A stretch of DNA of 64,000 bases from an uncultured Acidobacteriota bacterium (GTDB lineage: Bacteria; Acidobacteriota; UBA6911), in assembly GCA_963843575.1 (NCBI GenBank), contig CAWJKZ010000019.1, positions 320,001 through 384,000 on the forward strand. The letters run 5' to 3'. The stretch's first letter is position 1. Each line of letters opens with the position of its first letter. Both the position numbers and the translations under genes were made by a program. The notes under the pieces are model-generated. The model did no database searches, was not told where the DNA came from, and was given only the letters and a program-made list of their open reading frames with translations. Shown one piece after another: positions 43,726 through 53,889 of this stretch.

Positions 43726-45516
43726 TCACCGCCCGAGCCCGAAGCGCGAGAGCAGGCCGTCGACCATGTCGGTAATCTTGAACTGTCCGAGCAGATCTTC
43801 GAGCCGGGACAGGCCTGTGGCGGCGGAGAAGCGGCGGAATAGGTCGGCCGCCTCGAATGCTCGGTGCACGCCGGCGATTTCAAAAAAATGCGGGCGGCCG
43901 AGGCGATAGAGGTCGGCGTCGAGACGTTTCCACGGCTCAAACTGCGGCGGTTCCTGGAGGGGCCAGATCTCGGCGCGCCCTCCGGCGGAGCCTTCGCGGT
44001 CGAGGATCGCGTTGGCTGCGCGGCGGCCGGCCTCGCAGGCACTCTCCATCGAGGCGATGTCGGTGTGGGTCCGCACGTAGTCGGAGGCGAAGCAGAGGTT
44101 GGGAACTGCGCTCGCGGCTTCCGGGCGCACTGCCCAAGAGCCTGGGGGATGGATCAGTAGACGCGAGCGGTTCACAGGCGGCGGGCCGGCCGAGTAATCG
44201 AGGTCGTCGTCCAGGTGCCAGGAGTGCAGCAGCTCGTCGGTGAGCGTCTGCTGGTCGGCGCGACGGCCGTTGAGGGCCGCCTTGAGCTGCCACCACACCT
44301 CGGCCTGGATCTCGTCCCTGGTGCAGTCGCGCGCCTTCTTGCGCACGCACGTCCCTTCCTTGTCCCATTCCGATATATCCACCGAGATCAGGCCGCCGAC
44401 GTCGCCCTTGCCGTAATGGCGACGGAACAGACCCACCGTCTCGGTCCAGAACTGCGGCTGCGAGATCGCCGTCAGCGCCCACGGCGAGTCCGGGAAAACG
44501 ATGTGGCCCCGCGCCAGCGGCACGTCCTCGTAGAGGTAGAACTGGATCCCGACCATCCAGGAGACGAGTTGGTCGATCCTGGCCGTGCGCAGGCGCTCGC
44601 ACTGGGGGTCGAGCGCCCCCAGGTCCGCCGACATGAGCTCCTGGGCGGCGTCGATGGGCACGGCCAGCACGTAATGGTCCCCTGCGACATGCAGCCCCCC
44701 CGCAAACCGGGCGCCCGCGACGCGGCCGCCGGCGGCCTCGAGGCCGGTGCAGGTCTCGCCCGGGTGGAAGCGCACGCCGAGTGCCCGCAAGTGCTCCGTC
44801 CACGGGTCGATCCACATCTCGCTGGTCGGACCGCCCATGGTGCGGTCGTTGGCGACGCCCGTGGCGGCAAAGTCGAGCAGCAGCTGCATCGACGTGACTC
44901 CGATGGTTCGGGCGTTGCCGTTGCGGGCGTCCATCGCGACGAGCATCCTGGGAATCCCGCTTGCCCGGCTCTGGCACCTCGCGGAGTACCCGTCGCCGCC
45001 CAGGAATTTCCACCACGACATGTGTTCGTACTCGCCGAGCCGCCGGTCGTCGGATGACGAAATGAACTGGAGGACCTTGAGGCCGAAAAGGCCGGCGTCG
45101 GCCTGGTCGAAGCCGAGTTGCTGAAACAGGAGCTGGGCCGCCTCGAGCAGTTCGTACGGTCGGACCAGGACGCGGCGGTGAAAGCGCGACCACGTGCCGC
45201 CGTCGATCAGTGCGACGGCAGCCTCGGTGCAGGGGCGCAGTCGGCCGTCGACGCGGCCGTCTGCGTGGCCGCCCACGGGCGTGCGCGCCATGGTGTCGAC
45301 GACGTGGCGGTAGAAACGCGGGTAGAAGCGAAAGCCGTGCTCGCCGGGGAGGTCGCGGCGGCCCCCCGTTCCAGTCTCGGGCACCGGCTGCGAGCGCGCC
45401 TTGCCGCCCCACGCGGCGAGCCTCTCGAAGACGTGGACCTCGAACCCGCGCTCGGCGAGTTCGTGCGCCGCGGTCAGGCCCCCGATCCCGCCGCCGATCA
45501 CGATCACCTTGGCCAT
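43726..45516 (-). CDS. FAD-dependent oxidoreductase (amine oxidase/carotenoid desaturase-like superfamily)
   Basis: GGGIGGLTAAHEL, GGKARS, GEHGFRFYP, C-terminal SMESACEAGRRAANAIL. Confidence 0.85.
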   Translation of the reverse strand: MAKVIVIGGGIGGLTAAHELAERGFEVHVFERLAAWGGKARSQPVPETGTGGRRDLPGEHGFRFYPRFYRHVVDTMARTPVGGHADGRVDGRLRPCTEAAVALIDGGTWSRFHRRVLVRPYELLEAAQLLFQQLGFDQADAGLFGLKVLQFISSSDDRRLGEYEHMSWWKFLGGDGYSARCQSRASGIPRMLVAMDARNGNARTIGVTSMQLLLDFAATGVANDRTMGGPTSEMWIDPWTEHLRALGVRFHPGETCTGLEAAGGRVAGARFAGGLHVAGDHYVLAVPIDAAQELMSADLGALDPQCERLRTARIDQLVSWMVGIQFYLYEDVPLARGHIVFPDSPWALTAISQPQFWTETVGLFRRHYGKGDVGGLISVDISEWDKEGTCVRKKARDCTRDEIQAEVWWQLKAALNGRRADQQTLTDELLHSWHLDDDLDYSAGPPPVNRSRLLIHPPGSWAVRPEAASAVPNLCFASDYVRTHTDIASMESACEAGRRAANAILDREGSAGGRAEIWPLQEPPQFEPWKRLDADLYRLGRPHFFEIAGVHRAFEAADLFRRFSAATGLSRLEDLLGQFKITDMVDGLLSRFGLGR

Positions 45517-45554
45517 GTTCCCCTCCCGTTTCCGAAGGCGCGCCTCACTCGCCG

Positions 45555-47510
45555 TCAGACGGACCGGCCTCTTCCTTTGCGCCACATGAGGTCGACGGCC
45601 AGTGCCGCCATGAAGGCGGCGCCTGCGAGCCCGAGGGCCGCGGCCACCCAGCCGCCGAGGTGTTCCGAGGACGCCGAGAGCGCGCTCGCCAGTACGGCGA
45701 AGCCCCCCGTGAGTCCCAGCGCGAGCCGCCGGCCCGCGCGGCGCACCGTTTCTTCGAGCGACGAAGCGCGGAGGCTCATGTCCGGCTTCTGGCCCGGCCG
45801 CGCGCCGATCAGCCCCTCCAGGCCTTCCACGATGCGCATCGCCCGGAGCCTCGTTTTCTGGATTTGGTGAAAGATCGTTCTGACGTCGCTCCCGGCGACC
45901 ACCCTCCGCAGAAAGTCCCGCACGAGAAAGCGCCCGGCGACATCGAACGCGTCAAGCTCGGGATCGAGCTGCGCGGCCGAAAGCTGCATCTGAGCGAGCG
46001 CCTTCGCGGTGAGGGCGAGCGAAGCCGGCAGCGGCACGCGGTGGCGGTACGACACGTTGATCATCTCCTGCATTACCGGGCCGAGCTGGATTTTTCCCGC
46101 GGACACGCCGCGGTACTTATCGAGCAGCTGACGAAGTTCTTGCGCGAACCCTAAGTACGTGCGATGTGTCACCTGCCAAAGCATCAAGGTACTTCGGTCA
46201 GGAGTCGGCGTCCGCTGCCAGAGGCGATCCCAACAGGGTCATCACCTCGCGAAGCCCTGGTCGACCTCCCGACCGTGCGAGATCCAGGAGTTGAGACGCT
46301 CCTCGGCAGGCTGCCACATGAGGTTGCCGGGGTGGGGATTTGTTTGAAAGAACCGGACGACCAGGATCTGCTTGCAGAAGGACTCGATCGGCTGCCTCGG
46401 ACCTCGCTCCGGAGCTCCCGCCGGGATTGCGTCGACGGGCCGCCTCATACGTCCTGCATGACGAGCAGACGGGAGGTGGAAAAGTCCGTGTAGACCGCGG
46501 GAACCGCCAGACGCGGGAAGTCGGCGAGCGCGCCGCGCAGGCGTTCGGCGTTGCCGGCCTCCAGCCGGAAATCGCGCTCTTGAGCAGGGACGTCGACGGT
46601 GGCTTGAACACGGCCGGCAAGTCGATCCGGTCCCGCGCCTCGACCTTCCTGGCGAAAAATTCGAGCAGGGCGAGGTCCTGCCTGTTCAGCGTGTTCGCCT
46701 CGGGGCGCTGGATCTTGACCGCAACCATTTCTCCGCTCGCAGGAGGGCCGGTGCACGTGGGCGATCGTCCAGGTAATCCTCGACACCAGGTAGAGCGTTT
46801 TGAGCGTAGTTTCACGGGACGCCCAAGTCGCCGCCATGATGCGGATCGCGCGGTCCGCGGAGTTGCGCGACCCGGTCGTACTGGGCGAGTGCGGGATGAA
46901 CTCGGGTGGGAGCAGGTCCGGGCGAGTCGAGAGGAGGTGTGTTCTCGGCAATAGTGGGGCCGACCACTTCGAGCGCGGATCGAGGCGCTGGCGCCGGGGC
47001 GCCGTTGCACTCCCAGATCGGTTTCGGGAACCCGTCCGCGCCCGTACCGGTGAAAAAACGGCCTCTGCGCAGGATATCCGGCAGGCGGCGGCCGCCCGAG
47101 CGCCCGCGGGACCCCGAGGACCAGCTCCTGGGGAGGCGGCTTCATCTCCTCGGCAGCGTGGTGCTCCACGTGGCCGAGCGTAGTGGGTGCGCTGGGAATC
47201 CCGGGCAGGAACGGCGTGCGGCTTTCCATCCCGGCGTGTCGAGCCAGGAAGCGTCGACTCCGTCCTCCTCGGCCGCGCGCACGATCGCCATGGCGGGATC
47301 GTGGTCGACGACGACCCTGCCGCGCCCGCGTTCTCCCGCAATCGAGCGCACGTGCCGGAGGAGATCGTCGGTGCCGGCCGCCGCCTGGGTCTCGGCTGTC
47401 CTGGTAGATGGGGGGATCACTGGACCACGTGTAGGTAGGCACGAAGCGATCGGAAGCTCGCCGCCCATCGGACCGCAGGCTCGGCCGTCTCCGACCGGTC
47501 AGTCCTCGTA
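45555..47510 (-). pseudogene. Degraded USP-domain/AarF(UbiB, ABC1) kinase fusion
   Basis: Fragments in shifting frames: TDRSETAEPAVRWAA and DPAMAIVRAAEEDGVD (USP); LSTRPDLLPPEFI, VAVKIQRP, DFRLEAGN, RLLVMQDV, PHPGNLM (ABC1); intact C-terminus in 45555..46135. Confidence 0.7.
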
Positions 47511-47511
47511 C

Positions 47512-47830
47512 ACGTCGGGGTAGAAAACCTGGGCCGCGAGCGCTTCCCAGCCGCCGGTCGAGCCGCCGTACATGAAGCGGGCCCACCCTTGGCCGATGGC
47601 GCGGAAACGTCTTCTCGATATAGGGAATCAGCTCGTAGGTGATGGCGTCGCCGTAGGGCCCGAGGTTGGCCGAGTTCACGGCATAGGAGTCGTCGTAATA
47701 CGGATTGGCATGCTGGATTTCCACGATCAGCATGCGGGGGAAGCCGGGACCGGTCGAGTCCTTGGAGAACTCGTCGGCCGCTCTGCTCGAGCGGTTGTAT
47801 CCCGCGACGGTGGAAACGCCGTCGCTGATC
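47512..47830 (-). pseudogene. Internal fragment of an esterase-like alpha/beta hydrolase
   Basis: QHANPYYDDSYAVNSANLGPYGDAITYELIPYIEK then, frameshifted, YGGSTGGWEALAAQVFYPD (GxSxG). Confidence 0.7.
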
Positions 47831-48575
47831 GGGCGTCAGTGGGAGGCGGTCGCCGTCGCGGCAGGCCTCTAAATCGGCGGCGCAAGACCGGTGGTCTGAT
47901 CCAGAGTACCGGTTTCCGCGAGATCGTCGACAGCTTTCGGGGCACTTCGCCCAGAGAATGCGCGTCCCGCTGCTCTGCCGCTCACCTTCCGAGGATATGC
48001 CACCGGAGGCTGTTTGACGTACCGCCTCCCGCGGTCGGTGATATCGAAGCGATAACGCGGTCCGACGTGGCCTCCCCGGCACTCGTCAGATCCGACCTTG
48101 CAGGCTGGGGGCTGCCCTACAGTTTCTTGCGTGCGACGCCGACGTGCCGGACCATCGGCAGTTTTAAGCGGGCCGCGCGCGAGGCGCGGCCGATCGCCTG
48201 CTCGTCGCCGCCCCGATGGGGGCAGGGCGGAGGAATGCTGAGCAAGGAAACCTTCATCCGACCCCTTCCAGAGCTTTCCGGGAGCGCACCAGGCCGTCGA
48301 TGACGGCCGCTTGTCGCGGCTGCCGGGTCGTCCGGGATCCCGGGCCGGAGATGCTCGTCCGCTGAAATCGATAATCGGCACCGTTCGTCGAGCGGCTCCG
48401 GCCGCTCATTGAGGGCGCGCAGCGGATGTCGTAAGTGACGGCTGCCGGCGGGCGGGCATCTCCGGTGTGGCCGCTCCTCGACAGTGTCACAACATCGCCT
48501 GCGTCGGGGCGACCTCGCACTGCCGATCGAGCGTCGCGCCAAAAGGTGAACTCATCGGTGCGCGATCCCTGTCCT

Positions 48576-48722
48576 GATGTTCACAAATACGCCAACCCAT
48601 ATTTTCAGGACGCGGATGCTCGCGGATCCCCACGGATCGACTTGGCGACAGGCGGCGGTCGATCCGCGTGTCCGTGGATCCGCGGAATCTGCGTTCTGTT
48701 TTGGCTTTTGTTTTTCATAAGC
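48576..48722 (-). repeat. Family 1 element, reverse copy
   Basis: Reverse complement closely matches 2583-2726 and the tail of 31099-31200. Confidence 0.85.
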
Positions 48723-48762
48723 GCACGCCATGGTTTTGAGGCGATTCGATGGCTTCGGGGTC

Positions 48763-49029
48763 CTAGTACCTCCAGCTCTTGGGGTCCGCGCCGGGCGGAG
48801 CGCTCTTGAGTATGCGATCGACGATCTTGGGGGCATGCATCTGATGGTACCGCAGCCTCGAGATGGCATTCGGGAGGGTGTGGTCGCCGTTCCAGCAGTG
48901 TTCTGCGCGGTCTCCGTAGTCCACTTCTCCCTCGTAGGGAGGGTCGGTCGTGCGCTTCAGGAAATCCTCGACCAGGTAGACGGCGTTGTTGAGGTAGTAG
49001 TAGTCCATGTCGCGGACATAGGTGTGTAC
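48763..49029 (-). pseudogene. C-terminal fragment of the same esterase-like family
   Basis: HTYVRDMDYYYLNNAVYLVEDFL...AEHCWNGD...SWRY*; no N-terminal part upstream. Confidence 0.6.
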
Positions 49030-49051
49030 TGCGGGGTTGACGGAAGCGTTG

Positions 49052-49080
49052 GGGCCGCGTCGAGCCGCCGCGGCCCACGT
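49052..49080. repeat. 29-bp hairpin repeat identical to 43696-43724
   Basis: Exact match; lies just past the GH15 stop codon. Confidence 0.85.
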
Positions 49081-49083
49081 CTT

Positions 49084-51498
49084 TTACCGGTCCACGCTGC
49101 GGGGGCGGGTGACGCCGACGTCGTAGTCCACGCCCTCCCATTGATGCCGGGCTCTCCACCGGAACGTGAACCGCACCGGGGCGCGCTGGGTCCGCGGGAC
49201 GGCGATGTCCGCGAACTCGATGCCGAGCGCGGTCGGGGAAGATGCCGAGTCGTTGACCGTCGTCCAGTCGTCGAGCGACCAGCGCAACGTGAACGCCTCG
49301 ACCGCCTGCACGCGCAAAACCATCCCCGGCTCCACCCAGCGCGGCCGCCGGCTGGACTTCCATATCTCGAGCCCGCGGCCCCGGGAGCCGTCACGGTAGC
49401 GCGCGGCCACCTCGGGGATGAAGTCGAACACGCGCCCGTCGTGGACCGAACGGAGCAGCTTGATGTACTCCGCGTGCGCCCACGTCAACGGCATCGCCGC
49501 CGTGGTGGGCCGGCCCAGGAACATGTGATGTTCCGGCCGGTCGGGTTCGTCCCAGACCTGTTCGGGAAGCAGACCGGTGTCGGAAGCGAACTTCTCCATC
49601 GCTTCCACATAGGCTGCGACGTCGCGTCCTGCGGCGAGTTCGTAATGGGCCCTCTCCCCGGTCAGCAGCGGCCACGCCCGGCCCTTCCCCCAACCCACAT
49701 ACGGGGCGCCGTCGTCGCCCTGCCCGTAGCCGTCGTGATTGTAGCGGTGCCAGCATGGGCCGAACGGGGTTTCGACCCTCAACACCGCATCCACGACGCG
49801 CAGGGAATCGACGATCAGGGGGTCATCGGCCTTCCTGATCCCGTAACGGACCAGTTCGAGGAAGCCGGGGTCCACGATCTCGCTGGCCCGAAACCGGTAC
49901 TGCTCGCCCGGAGGGCGGTTGGCAAGCGTCAGCCAACCCTCGTCGGGATCCTCGTTGGGATAGGGATCGTCGACGTCGAGCGGCAGGATCCGGATGAAGT
50001 GTCTCCGGATGCCCGGGACCAGGCTCCCGCGCTCCGTCGCCATCCAGCGTTCGATGCGGCTCTCCAGAAAATCCGCGTAATCTTCGAGGAACTGAGCGGT
50101 CGGGGCGTCCTGCCTCTCGCGGAAGAAACACGCCGCGCACACCAGCGCCGCGATGCAGGCCGCCATGGTGGACGGGGAGTAGCCGCTCGCCTCCTCCCAC
50201 CGCTCCTGGTCGGTCGCCGGACCGTGCCGCACGAGGTACCCCGCCGCCCGTTGCACCAGCACGAACGGGTCGAAGTTCTCCAGGGCGTCCTCCTGTTTGA
50301 GGCGCCACGCGAGCAGAATCGGGTAGGCGACCTCGTCCAGCTGAATGCCGCCCCAGTACTTTCTGCCGTCCACCCAGAAGTTCTGCGGCAGCCTGCCGTC
50401 CGCGGGCTGGCCCGCCGCCAGGTAGATGAGCGCGCGCAACGGCGTCGACTTGTTGCCCGCGGCGAGCAGCCCCATCGCCGTGTTGACCAGGTCGCGCGTC
50501 CACACGAGGTGGTACCCCCCCTGGTCCTCGTCCCTCTTCGCCTCCCCCCACGGGATCGAGAGCGAGGCGATGAATGCCCCGGGATACGTCTTGTCTTCGT
50601 GCGCGAGCAGCACGCTGTAGCTGCCGTGATAGAGCTTGCCGCCGTCCTGCGAGCTCTCCTTGAGCGGCAGCATCCGGCGCGAGGCGCGGCTCCATTGTTC
50701 CTGGAAGCGGCGGTGATGCTGCTCGAACGGAATCGCGAGCGACTGCAGCAGTGCCGTGACGGCACTCGACAGGCTGTCGCCGAAGGCCAGCCCAAGGGTG
50801 AATTCGCCCCCGCTCTCAGGGACCACTTCGGCCGTAAGGGCGATGTTCCCGTCGGGTGCCTGATCGAACTCCCAGTCCATCCGGTAGTCGCCGGCCAGGT
50901 CGGTCCACCCGTCGCTCCGGCCGACATACCCGCACGAAAGCTTCGAGAACGGCACGCTGGCGGCGACGGCAAGCCACGTGCCGGCCTTTTCGGCAGCCAG
51001 CACCGGGCGCCCGCCAACGTCCATGACGAATCCGTTGTTGCCCCACCCGCCCGTTTCCAGGTGCGGCGCACAGAGGACATAGAATCGCAGGCGTCCGAGC
51101 GTGTCGGGGTTGCCGTTGATCCTGGTGTGCTGCAGCAGACAGGGAAAGTGCGGGTGAGTGATCACATCCTTGACGATTTCGTATTGCCCGCCCGGGTCCG
51201 AGTTCGTGATCCTGAAACAGAGCGCATGGTCCGACGATCGGTCGACCCGATGGGTCAGGTGCCGCTTCTCCTCGTGAAAGAAAGTCTCGCCGTCCGTGAT
51301 CAGGTACTGCAGATCACGGATCTGCGGCCGGTCCACCGTCGGGTAGAACACTTCGGTGACGACGCCGTGGAAAATCGTGAACCAGACCCTGCTGTCCCCA
51401 GAATACGCCGTGCCGACGCCGTCCTTGTTCCCGTGCGTCCACCTCGGCTCGATCCCCGGCTTGCCGAAAGCAAACCGGTTCCCGCGTATTTCCGCCAT
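49084..51498 (-). CDS. GH15 glucan 1,4-alpha-glucosidase/glucodextranase-like
   Basis: KDGVGTA, GAFIASLSIPWG, YHLVWTRD, QERWEE, GRAWPLLTGERAHY, LLPEQVWD, PLTWAHAEY. Confidence 0.92.
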   Translation of the reverse strand: MAEIRGNRFAFGKPGIEPRWTHGNKDGVGTAYSGDSRVWFTIFHGVVTEVFYPTVDRPQIRDLQYLITDGETFFHEEKRHLTHRVDRSSDHALCFRITNSDPGGQYEIVKDVITHPHFPCLLQHTRINGNPDTLGRLRFYVLCAPHLETGGWGNNGFVMDVGGRPVLAAEKAGTWLAVAASVPFSKLSCGYVGRSDGWTDLAGDYRMDWEFDQAPDGNIALTAEVVPESGGEFTLGLAFGDSLSSAVTALLQSLAIPFEQHHRRFQEQWSRASRRMLPLKESSQDGGKLYHGSYSVLLAHEDKTYPGAFIASLSIPWGEAKRDEDQGGYHLVWTRDLVNTAMGLLAAGNKSTPLRALIYLAAGQPADGRLPQNFWVDGRKYWGGIQLDEVAYPILLAWRLKQEDALENFDPFVLVQRAAGYLVRHGPATDQERWEEASGYSPSTMAACIAALVCAACFFRERQDAPTAQFLEDYADFLESRIERWMATERGSLVPGIRRHFIRILPLDVDDPYPNEDPDEGWLTLANRPPGEQYRFRASEIVDPGFLELVRYGIRKADDPLIVDSLRVVDAVLRVETPFGPCWHRYNHDGYGQGDDGAPYVGWGKGRAWPLLTGERAHYELAAGRDVAAYVEAMEKFASDTGLLPEQVWDEPDRPEHHMFLGRPTTAAMPLTWAHAEYIKLLRSVHDGRVFDFIPEVAARYRDGSRGRGLEIWKSSRRPRWVEPGMVLRVQAVEAFTLRWSLDDWTTVNDSASSPTALGIEFADIAVPRTQRAPVRFTFRWRARHQWEGVDYDVGVTRPRSVDR

Positions 51499-51576
51499 GG
51501 GGAATATCTTATCGCGTAGGTCAATATCCGCGTGCACCCGCGAAAATCCGCGTCCCACTTAGAATAAAAATCATGC

Positions 51577-51615
51577 TTGACAGTATGAAATCATGGTGAT
51601 ATCACAATGATAACA
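51577..51615 (+). promoter_or_regulatory. Sigma70-type promoter overlapped by three TGAWAWCA boxes
   Basis: TTGACA (51577)-N17-TATCAC; TGAAATCA 51586, TGATATCA 51597, TGATAACA 51608. Confidence 0.7.
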
Positions 51616-51631
51616 AACCGGAGGAACGGCG

Positions 51632-52501
51632 ATGCTGAGCGAAAAGGTGATCAGGGGCGTTTCGGGTTGGCTGATGGTGTTCGTGCTTTTGGCCGCGATG
51701 ATGGCGTCGGTCTGGTGGCTGGTTTCGTCGATTCGGGCGGAAGCACCGGTCCCGGTGGTCGCGTCGATCCTTCTGCTGTTGGTCGAAGGGGTCTGCTGGG
51801 CCGGGTTGACGGTGGTCAACCCGAACGAAGCCAAGGTGGTTCAGCTGTTCGGCGTCTATCGCGGGTCCATCAAGGAGCAGGGCTTCTGGTGGGTCAACCC
51901 GCTGACCTCGAGGCGCACGGTGTCGTTGCGCGTGAGGAACTTCGAGAGTTCCCACCTCAAGGTCAACGACCACGACGGGAATCCGATCGAAATCGCCGCG
52001 GTGGTCGTGTGGCGCGTGGTCGAGACGGCGGAGGCGGTTTTCCACGTGGATGACTACGAACACTTCGTCCACGTGCAGAGCGAATCTGCGTTGCGGAACC
52101 TGGCGACCAGCTATTCCTACGACGCGCACGAGGAGGGGCAGCTGTCGCTGCGGATGTCGGCGGGCGAGATCGCGCATCGTCTGCGGGAAGAGATCCAGGA
52201 GCGGCTGACCAAGGCCGGGGTGGAGGTGATCGAGGCCCGGATCAGCCACCTCGCGTATGCGCCGGAGATCGCGAACGCGATGCTGCGCCGGCAGCAGGCG
52301 AGTGCGATCATCGCGGCCCGCCAGAAGATCGTGGAAGGGGCGGTGGGGATGGTGGAGATGGCGCTGGACCTGCTGAACGCGAAGAACGTGGTTCATCTGG
52401 ATGAGGAGCGGAAGGCTGCGATGGTAAGCAACCTCCTCGTCGTGCTCTGCAGCGACCGGGATGCCCAGCCCGTGGTCAACACGGGGACGCTCTATCAGTA
52501 G
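51632..52501 (+). CDS. SPFH/band 7 domain protein
   Basis: [47 protein letters not shown]. Confidence 0.92.
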   Translation: MLSEKVIRGVSGWLMVFVLLAAMMASVWWLVSSIRAEAPVPVVASILLLLVEGVCWAGLTVVNPNEAKVVQLFGVYRGSIKEQGFWWVNPLTSRRTVSLRVRNFESSHLKVNDHDGNPIEIAAVVVWRVVETAEAVFHVDDYEHFVHVQSESALRNLATSYSYDAHEEGQLSLRMSAGEIAHRLREEIQERLTKAGVEVIEARISHLAYAPEIANAMLRRQQASAIIAARQKIVEGAVGMVEMALDLLNAKNVVHLDEERKAAMVSNLLVVLCSDRDAQPVVNTGTLYQ

Positions 52502-52542
52502 TCGTCGGCGACGGCCGGGGCTGCAGTCGAGGTGAGGTAAGC

Positions 52543-52764
52543 ATGGCCGAGAGGAAGCCCTTCCTGTTGCGCCTGTCGCCCGAGACGCACGAAGCTCTCC
52601 AGCGGTGGGCGGACTCGGAACTGCGCAGCCTGAATGCTCAGATCGAGTTCCTGCTGCGGCGCGCGCTCCAGGAGGCGGGACGCCTGCCGGGCGGGGAGCC
52701 GCGGGATGACGCGGGCCGGGGGGCGGGGAAGGGCGGATCGCCCGGAAGGTCCGGGCGCAGGTAG
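52543..52764 (+). CDS. Arc-like ribbon-helix-helix DNA-binding protein
   Basis: KPFLLRL...LQRWADSELRSLNAQIEFLLRRAL. Confidence 0.88.
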   Translation: MAERKPFLLRLSPETHEALQRWADSELRSLNAQIEFLLRRALQEAGRLPGGEPRDDAGRGAGKGGSPGRSGRR

Positions 52765-52828
52765 GGCGGATACGACGGGCTTCAGAGGAGCCGCCCGTGG
52801 AGCGGCCACAATCTGCGGAGAGTTGAGC

Positions 52829-53665
52829 ATGGATGCCCGAACGCGGTTGAAGAAACTGGCGGCAGGCTGGCGTCCGCCGGGCGAGCTCGAGCGCTCCCGG
52901 CCCCGCGAGCTGCGGTTGAGGCCGGCCGGCTTCGCGCTGATCGTGCTGGCGGCGTTGATGGCGGCGGGTTCACTGGCTTCAGGTGTGCTGCTCTATTTGA
53001 AGGCGTCGGCCGATCACGAGGCGCGGCGGCAGGTGATGGATTCCGGCCGGGACACGGTCGGGAAGGTCGTGCGCCGCTTTGCGAGGCGATCGGGCGACAA
53101 GCGTCGCTATTTCATCGACTACGAGTACCAGGCGGGCGACCGGGTCTTTGCGGGGCGGGTCGAGGTGGGGCGCCGGGGCTGGCAGGAACTCGATGCGGGC
53201 GTCCCTGTCCCGGTGCGCTATCTCCCCTCAGCCCCGGCACGCCACGTCGTCGTCGGGCGCTCCGGAGGCTTGACGCCCCTGTGGCTGCCGTACCTCGTCG
53301 CCGGGGGCCTGGCGCTGGGGGCCTGGCGGATCACCCGGCCGCTCGTGTCGCAGCGTATCCTGCTGGCGGAAGGGCGGCCGGCGCCGGCGATCGTCACCCG
53401 TCACGAGAAGACCAAGCACGGCGTCGTGGCGCATTTCGTCTTCCAGCTCATGAGCGGGGCGGCTGCGGAGGGGAAGACCGGTCCGCGCAGGAAACCGCCG
53501 GAACTGGACAGCATCCTGTGCGTCTTGTACCTGCCGGACCGCAAGCAACGCCACGGAACTTACCCGTTGTCACTGGTCAAGACGGCCGCGGGCGCCCCCG
53601 CGTTTTTGGAGTGCGGCGGCTCGACGCCGCTTTCCTCAGGCGGCGCCTCGGCGCCGCCGCGCTGA
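52829..53665 (+). CDS. DUF3592-like membrane protein
   Basis: TM, YFIDYEYQAG...VPVRYLPSAP, second TM, repeated module; the tail runs through a REP. Confidence 0.6.
   Translation: MDARTRLKKLAAGWRPPGELERSRPRELRLRPAGFALIVLAALMAAGSLASGVLLYLKASADHEARRQVMDSGRDTVGKVVRRFARRSGDKRRYFIDYEYQAGDRVFAGRVEVGRRGWQELDAGVPVPVRYLPSAPARHVVVGRSGGLTPLWLPYLVAGGLALGAWRITRPLVSQRILLAEGRPAPAIVTRHEKTKHGVVAHFVFQLMSGAAAEGKTGPRRKPPELDSILCVLYLPDRKQRHGTYPLSLVKTAAGAPAFLECGGSTPLSSGGASAPPR
53608..53633 (+). repeat. GGAG-type REP, family 5
   Basis: GGAGTGCGGCGGCTCGACGCCGCTTT; also at 57799 and 59060. Confidence 0.8.
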
Positions 53666-53889
53666 TGTTTACAGAGTCAGCTTCGCGCGCAGGAAAGAAA
53701 CGCAGCCGGGCACCTGGGCCTCGCTCAAACCGTGGAGCAGGAGCGGCCCCTTGAAACCGCAGGTGCGCAGCAAGGCGAGATACCGGTCGTAGTCGAGTTT
53801 GCCCTCGCCTGCGGCCGCCGGCTGCAGCCGGCATCGTTTTCGTCTGCGGATTGGAGCATGGCTGATTGTCCCCTGCCGAGAACCTTGGG

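Noticed and set aside
52543-52764. Arc-like gene as antitoxin of a toxin-antitoxin pair
   Set aside because: No adjacent toxin-like ORF; the SPFH-Arc pairing explains it.
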